From positions 1-45,690 of IMG/VR virus record IMGVR_UViG_3300006893_000012: a stretch of 45,690 bases of DNA; one strand, written 5' to 3'. Positions 8,020 through 15,622 of the stretch are shown one piece after another (the stretch's first letter is position 1; each line of letters opens with the position of its first letter). The notes below the pieces were generated by a model. That model was given only the letters and a program-made list of their open reading frames with translations. It did not search any database and was not told the DNA's origin. Origin of the DNA: a virus (Duplodnaviria; Caudoviricetes). Both the position numbers and the translations under genes were made by a program.

Positions 8020-8211
8020 GTTTACCTGAGCAAGTGAACGGGAGCGTGGCTCGGCGTCCGCACCATACTTGCGGATTGTTTTTCACGCCCCGTAAGCGGT
8101 CTTGTCCGTACCGTCCATAGCAATGCGACACGCAACTCCGGCGCATGGAGCACGGGTGGGCTGTTGTTCTCTCCAATTGACAGTGCCACCTAAATTTACT
8201 CAGGAGTGGTT

Positions 8212-8574
8212 ATGGCTAACACACAAATTCCCGCACAGTCTGAAGTGCAGCCCGTGCCGGGACAGCAAGCATTAGGTTTCCGGATCAAGTCGGTCTCCGT
8301 CTCGTTGGATCTCAGCTCGAAAGTGTACGGCACGGGTCCGGCAAGTTACGCCTCGTTAAACTCATGGGTTGACGGCGCGACCTTAGAGCAGCTTCCGGAT
8401 GTGATCGACGCAGGTATGGATCTTTTCGTGGCTGCGTGGCGGATGCTGATCAGTGCGCAGTTGGCGACAAAGTTAACCAACGAACCGAGTGAAGAATATA
8501 AAGCGCTGTTGGCGAAAGTGGATAAGCGACTCAAGCGAGTTAAGGAAATGTTACGAGAACAACCTTCTTCCTAG
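8212..8574 (+). CDS. Hypothetical protein immediately upstream of the array
   Basis: CAGGAG RBS; 120 aa. Confidence 0.7.
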   Translation: MANTQIPAQSEVQPVPGQQALGFRIKSVSVSLDLSSKVYGTGPASYASLNSWVDGATLEQLPDVIDAGMDLFVAAWRMLISAQLATKLTNEPSEEYKALLAKVDKRLKRVKEMLREQPSS

Positions 8575-8583
8575 TAAACCACA

Positions 8584-9047
8584 AAGCAGCCACGCAGCAT
8601 GAACGCAGCATTGAGCAAGAGCAGCCATTCATTGAGAATGCCGCCGCGAGTGAGCAGCCGAATAGGGACGAACGCAGCAGGCCCGGTGAGCAACCATTGA
8701 AGCAGAGAGCATAATTCATCGTGAGTAGCCAGCATAATCGACCGCAACGTCAGCGAAGAGCATCCATGTGGGATGACCGCGCCATTCATCTTGAAAAGTC
8801 ACTATGCCCGATAGCAACATGCATCCGGAGCAGCCAAAGCAACGTGAAAGTACCAGAACACTAGAGCAGCCACCCGGTCAGAAAGCGTCATTCAGCAGGA
8901 GCAGCCACGAATCCAGAACGTATTATCAAAGGAGAGCAGCCATCCAGGGCGAAAGCCGCAATCAACAAGAGCAGCCATACTGCGGGAGTGCGACAGTCAT
9001 CTAGAGCAACCAATGCAGGAGAACGCAACAGTCAGTTGGAGTAACCA
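8584..9047 (+). repeat. TIGR-like dual-repeat guide array 1 (13 units)
   Basis: Edge repeat ~GAGCAGCCA starts at 8584, 8619, 8652, 8688, 8723, 8758, 8793, 8828, 8864, 8899, 8934, 8969, 9004, 9039. A loop repeat ~GAnnGCrnCA lies midway. Spacers are unique and mostly 8 nt. Confidence 0.9.
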
Positions 9048-9068
9048 ACTTTATACAGGAGTCAAAAG

Positions 9069-9962
9069 ATGTCATCCACCACAACTGTGGTAGAAACCGT
9101 AGCCAATCCGTCATTCGAAGCCATTCATAAATTAACGAGGGATCTGAAAAAGGCAGCCGTCACTCTCACTCGCACCGAAGCGAGGTTTCTCGTTGACAAC
9201 TACTACACCATGCAAGATAACCGTATTCGCACTGGAGGTCAGATCCGCGAAATGGAATCGATCAAGGAACCTCACGAGGTTTTGAAATGGTTCAACACGC
9301 AGGATGAACTTTTGGAGAATGAAGTCAAGAGGGCGCTGGATTCCTATTCCAACGGGTTTGTCCTCGGGCGTTGGGCTCGCTCCCTGTATGGAATTGGTCC
9401 CGTTATCGCTGCGGGACTCCTGGCGCATCTTGATATCGAAAAGGCCAAGGGGGCGGGCGCGTTCTGGCGCTTCGCTGGTCTTGATCCGACGAGCGAATGG
9501 AAAAAAGGTGAGAAGAGGCCTTGGAACGCGGCGCTGAAAGTCTTGTGCTGGAAGGCTGGCGAGAGTTTCGTCAAGACTTCCGGTCGTGAAGGTGATATTT
9601 ACGGGCATTTGTTGATCGCTAAGAAGGATCTCCTCACTTCGCAGAACGAGGCGTTAATGTTCAAGAATGCTGCAGCAGAAGTTTTGGTGCGGGTCCCGAA
9701 ACATGCACAGGCTTCAATCTACAAGACGGGGAAGTTGCCGCCCGGCCACATTTTCAGTCGGGCAAAGCGTTACGCTGTGAAATTATTTCTGGCACATTAT
9801 TTTGAAGTTTCGTGGTGGCTGAAATACAACTGCGCGCCGCCAATGCCCTTCATCTTCACAGATCAGGCTAAGGCCCTCGGTCTCGATCACAGCCATTGGC
9901 TCCACGCTCCGAATTTTCCGATGGCGGAAAATCTGCCTGAGGGTTTACCCAAACTTCCATAG
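9069..9962 (+). CDS. TasA-like Nop-domain / IS110 C-terminal-like RNA-binding protein lacking a nuclease domain
   Basis: Coiled coil then SLYGIGPVIAAGLLA...FWRFAGLDP...WNAALK...HIFSRAKRYAVKLFLAH, the IS110/IS116 Tnp-C / Nop fold pattern. No N-terminal DEDD RuvC domain and no HNH. Flanked by arrays. Confidence 0.85.
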   Translation: MSSTTTVVETVANPSFEAIHKLTRDLKKAAVTLTRTEARFLVDNYYTMQDNRIRTGGQIREMESIKEPHEVLKWFNTQDELLENEVKRALDSYSNGFVLGRWARSLYGIGPVIAAGLLAHLDIEKAKGAGAFWRFAGLDPTSEWKKGEKRPWNAALKVLCWKAGESFVKTSGREGDIYGHLLIAKKDLLTSQNEALMFKNAAAEVLVRVPKHAQASIYKTGKLPPGHIFSRAKRYAVKLFLAHYFEVSWWLKYNCAPPMPFIFTDQAKALGLDHSHWLHAPNFPMAENLPEGLPKLP

Positions 9963-9973
9963 CCCCTAACGTA

Positions 9974-10319
9974 GATCGCGCCAATGAGAGAGAGCAGCCA
10001 TGACCATAGAAAGCGCCATGAAGTACGAGCAGCCATCACGGAAGAATGCCGCATGGGACTGGAGCCGAGCCAGAGTATTAGAACGCACCAATTCGATGGA
10101 GCACCCAGATCCAGCGAGAGCGCCATAGAGAATGAGGATTCAGGTTGTTCGAATGTGCCAACGTCAATGAAAATCCAATTCTCATGAAAGCAGCACAACG
10201 TCGGAGAAATCAAAGCATTGGATTGCAGCAGGGTGCGCGAGTTAGCCATGGTGAAAGATCGCGCCGCAGTGTAAGAGCAAGCCAACTGCTCTGAAAGTCC
10301 CAATTACTTGGAGTGGTCA
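9974..10319 (+). repeat. TIGR-like dual-repeat guide array 2 (9 full units plus a leading partial unit)
   Basis: Edges at 9992, 10027, 10062, 10099, 10134, 10169, 10204, 10239, 10275, 10311; loops such as GAAAGCGCCA, GAACGCACCA, GAGAGCGCCA; all spacers 8 nt. Confidence 0.88.
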
Positions 10320-10326
10320 GCGATAC

Positions 10327-10355
10327 AGGGGGTGGCTTCGGCTGCCCCCTTTTTT
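10327..10355 (+). terminator. Rho-independent terminator closing array 2
   Basis: AGGGGGTGGC-TTCG-GCTGCCCCCT followed by TTTTT. Confidence 0.9.
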
Positions 10356-10385
10356 CTGTCTACCGGGCGCTTGAGTAGGTGCCCT

Positions 10386-10598
10386 ATGCAATGTCAGCAA
10401 GTTATTAGCGTTACGCACGCCCCCGGCGAAACCGAGGCCGACGATTCCGAGGTAGTTACAACCTGTTCCGAAGAGGTCTTCGAAATCGTTGATGGAAACT
10501 CTTTGTGTGTAAAACATGCGCAGCATTCGAAGAGGACGAAGACCCATCACGAGACTTACGATCCCGGCTGGACTGAAGAGTATGAAATTGATGGCTAA
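10386..10598 (+). CDS. Small Cys/His-containing hypothetical protein
   Basis: ATG 10386 after the terminator; C...C...LCVKH. Confidence 0.5.
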   Translation: MQCQQVISVTHAPGETEADDSEVVTTCSEEVFEIVDGNSLCVKHAQHSKRTKTHHETYDPGWTEEYEIDG

Positions 10599-10600
10599 TC

Positions 10601-11695
10601 TTGTCGCCTCGAATCCTGTTTCTTCTCAAGTACCGCGATTGCCCTCCAACGCAGGGGTTCGTCCCAACTAAAAACGGACTCTCCAGCGGCCTGCTGAACT
10701 CTGCGCGCTTCGTGGTAGACATGTTGGGCTCTGCACACTTTGCCGTGAAGTTAGTTCAAGTAATTGACAACAACTCCATCGACCGTGAAGTCCATCTCTA
10801 CAAACCCACGCATGTAATCATCGAAGCGCTCTGGTGCCAGCCTGATAAATTCACAATCCTCCAGAAACTTCATCCCACTGTCAAATGGATCGTTCGCGGC
10901 CACTCGGACATTCCCTTCTTAAGTCAGGAAGGCGTTGCCCTTGAGTGGATCACTGGCTATATGAAGTACGAGAACGTCAGCTTTGCTTGCAATTCTGTGA
11001 GATCGTACCGTGACATTCGAGCGCTTGTGATGTCGCAAGCTCCTTTGCTGACGCCTACAGCTCTTGATCGCAAGATTCTGTTTCTTCCCAATTACTATCC
11101 CGATCACAGACATCAGCTCCGGCGCAAACAGGTCGATGGCTACCTCGACATTGCTTGCTTTGGTGCGATACGCCCGCTCAAGAATCAACTGATCCAGGCT
11201 GTGGCCGCGACGGAATACGCCAGACGATCTAACCGCAGGCTGCGCTTTCATGTCAACGCATCGCGCACTGAACAACGTGGCGATAATGTTCTGAAGAATC
11301 TGCGCGCTCTGTTCGCATCAACCGGCAATGAGTTAGTCGAACATCCTTGGATGCCTCATCGCGAGTTCCTTCACATTTTGTCCGGCATGGATTGTGCCCT
11401 TCAGGTTTCGTTCACTGAGACTTTTAATATCGTGGCGGCAGATGCGATCAGCGTAGGCTTGCCCATCGTTGCAAGCGATCAGGTGAGCTGGCTTAGCCCG
11501 CTCTCAATGGCTCAGCCGACCGATTCGAACGACATCGTGGATAAACTCGTGTTGGTGAACCGTCCGTTCTGTCGTGGAATAATCAACGGCGCGAACCTTC
11601 GCGGATTAAAGCAGTACTGCGACAACAGTAGAACGGCGTGGCTGGACTACTTCAACGTGGGACGTTCAACAGTCTCATCTGTACAAGGATCATGA
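10601..11695 (+). CDS. GT-B fold glycosyltransferase (GT4-like)
   Basis: CFGAIRPLKNQ and SFTETFNIVAADAISVGLPIVAS resemble the GT4 nucleotide-sugar binding signature. Confidence 0.8.
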   Translation: MSPRILFLLKYRDCPPTQGFVPTKNGLSSGLLNSARFVVDMLGSAHFAVKLVQVIDNNSIDREVHLYKPTHVIIEALWCQPDKFTILQKLHPTVKWIVRGHSDIPFLSQEGVALEWITGYMKYENVSFACNSVRSYRDIRALVMSQAPLLTPTALDRKILFLPNYYPDHRHQLRRKQVDGYLDIACFGAIRPLKNQLIQAVAATEYARRSNRRLRFHVNASRTEQRGDNVLKNLRALFASTGNELVEHPWMPHREFLHILSGMDCALQVSFTETFNIVAADAISVGLPIVASDQVSWLSPLSMAQPTDSNDIVDKLVLVNRPFCRGIINGANLRGLKQYCDNSRTAWLDYFNVGRSTVSSVQGS

Positions 11696-11784
11696 ACATC
11701 GATATACGTCGATATTGACTCCCGAGCGCAGTACTGACGGCGATTGTCACAGCCAATTAACGGCGCGCCCCGACTTCCCACTTC

Positions 11785-11900
11785 TTAGCCAGATAGTTAG
11801 CCAGCGCTGCAACTCCATTGGTGTCAACAGTGATTTGAAGGGCTGCTTCTATTGTTCTCAATCGCTCCACTTCGTAAGTAGCTGACACCAATTGGCGTTA
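11785..11900 (-). promoter_or_regulatory. Internal inverted copy of the arm-type motif pair plus a long imperfect inverted repeat
   Basis: TTAGCCA at 11785-11791 and 11797-11803; ATTGGTGTCA (11817-11826) / TGACACCAAT (11883-11892). Confidence 0.5.
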
Positions 11901-12079
11901 GCGTGTAAGTCTCCCACCTCAGCCAAATCAAGCAGTTATTGCCCCCACTTGTAGGGGAGTGCCTTTGGGTTTCGGAATTTCTCGACCCCATACCACCGCT
12001 TTTCGATTTTCGTTTGGCGCGGGGGCAGGCGTATCTAAGCCAGCCATTTTTGAGGTTTCTCACTCAGGAGGGTAATCCA

Positions 12080-12244
12080 ATTCCTATTTACGAGTTTCAA
12101 TGCAAGCTCGACCACGTTTTTGAAAACATCGTCCCCTTCAATACCAAACGCCAGAAATGCCCAGCCTGCGGCAAGACCGCCGTCCGCACTGACACGCCGC
12201 AGCTCGTAGCCCGGAGGGACCCCAATCTTGGCATACAGCAATAG
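12080..12244 (+). CDS. FmdB-family zinc-ribbon protein, apparent ATT start
   Basis: (M)PIYEFQCKLDHVFE...CPACG; AGGAGG 8 nt before ATT at 12080. Confidence 0.7.
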   Translation: MPIYEFQCKLDHVFENIVPFNTKRQKCPACGKTAVRTDTPQLVARRDPNLGIQQ

Positions 12245-12397
12245 AAATTGGCGCGTGCAGCGGGAAGGTCGCCGACCAACTAAAGAGGCCGAAGGCGTCC
12301 CCTTCCTAAAACGGAAACGTATAGACGGCACTGTTGCACGCGGGTCCACCACCTTGAGTCTGGCGAAAAGCATCGCCGCGCGCTACGGAGAAACGAT

Positions 12398-12970
12398 TTG
12401 AACGAGCCAAAGAATCTCGATGTCTTAGTCAATTTCAAGGGAGAGATGCGCCACTCAGAGGCCATAGCCCGCCATCGCTGGCACGGACGGGGCTGCCTTT
12501 GTGGAACTTGGCACGACGCCAAGATCGTTGCCCCGGTTCCCGGAGTAAAGAATTGCGAGGGAAAACCTGGATGCTGGTGCGGAGAGTGGCACGAGCTGGG
12601 TGAAAGTGGCAACAAGCTCGGCAGGATCGCGGCCATCAAGCCATTCGCGAAATGTCTTGAGGACGCTCTGAGGTCCGTCGTCACCGACACTGATGGCATC
12701 CGCAAAACCCGCCTCCAGAAAATTGTCGAGAATCTTTTATGCATCGCCGAGAACAAAGATCCCAAGCGCCAGGATTCCGCGATACGAGCGATTCTGCTGT
12801 TGGCAGATCGGGTAGACGGTCGAGCTGTCCCTTCCGCTGAAGCTCTCGAAGCGACCGGCGTGAGGGTGGTGACAGTCAATCACAATGTCCTGACGCCGCC
12901 GCGTCCTGAGCCAATCAAGGTTCTGGAGCCAGTTTTCAAAGACCAACCCATTCTTGAGGGCGACGTGTAA
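12398..12970 (+). CDS. Putative terminase small subunit
   Basis: Abuts TerL; helical C-terminal half (AIRAILLLADRVDGRAV). Call is mostly positional. Confidence 0.55.
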   Translation: MNEPKNLDVLVNFKGEMRHSEAIARHRWHGRGCLCGTWHDAKIVAPVPGVKNCEGKPGCWCGEWHELGESGNKLGRIAAIKPFAKCLEDALRSVVTDTDGIRKTRLQKIVENLLCIAENKDPKRQDSAIRAILLLADRVDGRAVPSAEALEATGVRVVTVNHNVLTPPRPEPIKVLEPVFKDQPILEGDV

Positions 12971-14611
12971 ATGGCGAACGCCCCTTCCCGCACGGTCAGT
13001 CTGGACAATGCTTACGAACCGTATCCGCATCAACTGGAGCTGCACCAGTCCACTTGCCAGAATTTAGGCGCTATCGGCGGCAACGGTTCGGGTAAGTCAG
13101 CCTTCCTGCTTTGGCACGCGATCCTGAATTACGCCCTCCGGTACGAGGGTTGTGATTCCCTTCTCCTGCGCCGCAACTTCCGCGAACTCGACAAAGGTTT
13201 GATCTCCGATTTGAAGAACATCGGCCTGACTTATAACCCCGATGGTCAGTTGTGGAATTGGAACGACACGAAACACATCGCCACGTTTTACAACGGCTCC
13301 AAGATTTATTTCGGCCACATGGAAAATGGCGTCGAGAGAGATTTGCACCAATACCTTTCGAGTAGTTTCTGCCTGATCGGTGTAGACGAGGCCGGGCAAA
13401 TCTCTTACGGTGGCGCGGACTTCCTCAAGTCCAGAAACCGAGTCAACCCTGGTTGCAAGCCGGATGCCGAGGGTAACTTCCCTCTGCCGCAGTTTGCCAT
13501 CGCCACCAACCCGCTCGGTCCAGGTTGGGGTTGGATTCGAAAGCTCTACCTTGATAAAGAACCTTTCGAGAAAACAGACGCAACAATCAAAGACGACAAC
13601 GGCTATTGGTGGGTGCAAGAGGCTGGTAATTGGATTTGCGTTTACAACCCGACCGAGTACAAGAGCACTCACAGCACAATTTTAGACAACCCGAACTTAA
13701 TGAGTCGGGACCCAGGTTACATCGCCCGTCTCCAAAAGCTGTCTCCCGCCCTGCGTGCCAAGGCTCTGTATGGCGATATCAACGCGGTTTCTGGTCAATA
13801 CTATTCGAATTTCGAACCAGCGTTCCATGTCATCAACCTGCGCCGCGATCCGGAAGCGATCAAGTGGCAAGACTTTCAGCCACGGTGGATCGGCTGGGAT
13901 TTCGGCATCGGGCACTATTCCGCTGTCTACTTCATGACCCGAGCCCTCGTCCGGAAGCTGGATGACAGCTACAAACCGTGCGTTGTGGTCTACCGGGAAA
14001 TCGTCTGCAACGAGACTTCCAGCCGGGATCTTTGCAAGCGCATCGCCGCTTCCATGAGACCTAACGGTGGGGTCGCTGCTTTGGAGCGGGGCGACAAAAC
14101 CGAAGAGAAGATCCAGCATATCTTCTTCTCCCATGAAAAGTTTAGCCGCACAGGGACGGATACTGAGCACCGTCCGGCAGACGATGTTACTCGGGAGCTA
14201 AGGCATTGGGGTTTACCTCCAGTTAGTCGAGCGAGCAACGACCGTGTTGCGGGCGCGGTCCTCATCTACAACATGCTCGAACAGGGCGACTTGGTGTTTC
14301 TGGATTCCTGTACGGAAATCATCGCCGCCCTTCCCGCACTACAGCGCAACGTTGCCAATCTTGAGGATGTTCAGAAGACCGAGAGTAGGGCGGACGATTG
14401 CTTCGATGCTCTTAAGTATGGGCTGCTTTCAATGCTTCATCCTCGCAAAGCCAGCGAGCTGAGCGTTATGCAAACCCAAGCCGCCAAGATCGAAGACCAC
14501 ACGGCGAAGTTTTTCTTTTACGCAAAAATGCAGAAGCAACTCGCTGCCAAGAACGACACCGTGAAACCCAAACGTATTCCGATTTGGCAAGCAAAACTGG
14601 AGAACCGATGA
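12971..14611 (+). CDS. terL: Terminase large subunit
   Basis: Walker A GGNGSGKS, Walker B IGVDEAGQ, motif III ATNP, nuclease acidic motifs GWDFG and DDCFDALKY. Confidence 0.93.
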   Translation: MANAPSRTVSLDNAYEPYPHQLELHQSTCQNLGAIGGNGSGKSAFLLWHAILNYALRYEGCDSLLLRRNFRELDKGLISDLKNIGLTYNPDGQLWNWNDTKHIATFYNGSKIYFGHMENGVERDLHQYLSSSFCLIGVDEAGQISYGGADFLKSRNRVNPGCKPDAEGNFPLPQFAIATNPLGPGWGWIRKLYLDKEPFEKTDATIKDDNGYWWVQEAGNWICVYNPTEYKSTHSTILDNPNLMSRDPGYIARLQKLSPALRAKALYGDINAVSGQYYSNFEPAFHVINLRRDPEAIKWQDFQPRWIGWDFGIGHYSAVYFMTRALVRKLDDSYKPCVVVYREIVCNETSSRDLCKRIAASMRPNGGVAALERGDKTEEKIQHIFFSHEKFSRTGTDTEHRPADDVTRELRHWGLPPVSRASNDRVAGAVLIYNMLEQGDLVFLDSCTEIIAALPALQRNVANLEDVQKTESRADDCFDALKYGLLSMLHPRKASELSVMQTQAAKIEDHTAKFFFYAKMQKQLAAKNDTVKPKRIPIWQAKLENR

Positions 14612-14928
14612 ACATTAGTTTGGTTAAAGGGGTGACACCACGTCACAAAGTTTTTCAACAGGTGTGTACCTATACGGACACCTTGGGTCCGTTGCTATCT
14701 CACCTGAAAGTGGCGAACACATCGGAGAGCGAAAAACACGTTCTTCGTAACTGCCTCAAGCAAGTTAACTTTGCCGCTTTCCAGCGTTATCGAGCCGAAC
14801 TGGAACAACACGATCCGGGCAAGGAAGGCACTCGTGAAAAGAAGGAACGGTACAACGATAGCGTGAGCGCCCTGCGTACTGCTTATAACCGTTTTCGATT
14901 GAGGATCGGCACATGGGGTGCCGAATGA
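14608..14928 (+). CDS. Hypothetical protein
   Basis: ATGA coupling on both sides. Confidence 0.6.
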   Translation: MNISLVKGVTPRHKVFQQVCTYTDTLGPLLSHLKVANTSESEKHVLRNCLKQVNFAAFQRYRAELEQHDPGKEGTREKKERYNDSVSALRTAYNRFRLRIGTWGAE

Positions 14929-15248
14929 CATTCGCACAATGGATCAGAAACTTTATCGACACGGTACTGCGCAGCAGTTACGTGTGCCATCTGGAGGCTG
15001 AGATTTTAGTCCTCCGTAACGAGCGGGATTGCCTGCAAGGTAAGTGCGACCGATTCGAGGCAATCATAATGCCGCTGTCCAGCGTTGCTGGTGCAGCGTA
15101 CACCCGGAGCCTTCAGCCCAAAAAGGCCGAACTACCCAGCACTTTAGCAGCGGCTCCCCGCAAACGCAGTTGGTCCGAAGTTCAGGACGAGTGGGAACGG
15201 GCGCAAGAAGCTGCCGAAGACGCGGAATTGGCGCAGAGGGAAAACTGA
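14925..15248 (+). CDS. Hypothetical coiled-coil protein
   Basis: Coupled ORF in the late operon. Confidence 0.65.
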   Translation: MTFAQWIRNFIDTVLRSSYVCHLEAEILVLRNERDCLQGKCDRFEAIIMPLSSVAGAAYTRSLQPKKAELPSTLAAAPRKRSWSEVQDEWERAQEAAEDAELAQREN

Positions 15249-15622
15249 TGGCATTCGCAGCGAGAGATGGCAAGCAATTTGGCAATAGGCAACGGGCAGC
15301 GCGCTACGACGATGAGCATTCCGGCGCAACGCAAGAAGGTTCAGACGCTTCTCCCGACGACGCAGTGGCGCAGCACGGCCCTGCCAACAACATACAAATC
15401 ACCAAAGGGAATGGTTCGCACCATGTCGTCGCCAAGCACCCTGACGGGCACACCAGCCGGAGTTCGCATGCCACCGCAGGGGAAGCCATTGATGCGGCCC
15501 GCATGGTGAGCGGTGCAGACGATGCCGACGCCGATGGGTCCACCGATCCTTCTGAACAGGAAGCGCCTCCCGCTCCCGCGATGTCCGGTTCGAAAACTTC
15601 CACCCGCATTCCTGGAGTCTAG
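15248..15622 (+). CDS. Hypothetical protein (MAFAARDGKQFG...)
   Basis: TGATG coupling at 15248; stop overlaps the portal start. Confidence 0.65.
   Translation: MAFAARDGKQFGNRQRAARYDDEHSGATQEGSDASPDDAVAQHGPANNIQITKGNGSHHVVAKHPDGHTSRSSHATAGEAIDAARMVSGADDADADGSTDPSEQEAPPAPAMSGSKTSTRIPGV

Noticed and set aside
8571-9004. ORFs 8571-8789 (-) and 8804-9004 (+), likewise 9984-10187 and 9887-10303
   Set aside because: They overlie the arrays; the 35-nt period is not a multiple of 3, so they are probably chance ORFs.
9069-9962. IS110/IS116 transposase insertion
   Set aside because: Lacks the N-terminal DEDD RuvC domain and the SG catalytic loop after GLxP; flanked by periodic dual-repeat arrays rather than IS ends.
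8584-10319. CRISPR array
   Set aside because: Repeats are 9-10 nt and of two alternating kinds, spacers are 8 nt, and no cas genes are present.
8584-10319. Full two-spacer self-targets within the prophage
   Set aside because: Spot checks of several units found only isolated 8-mer matches, never adjacent A and B halves. The check was not exhaustive.
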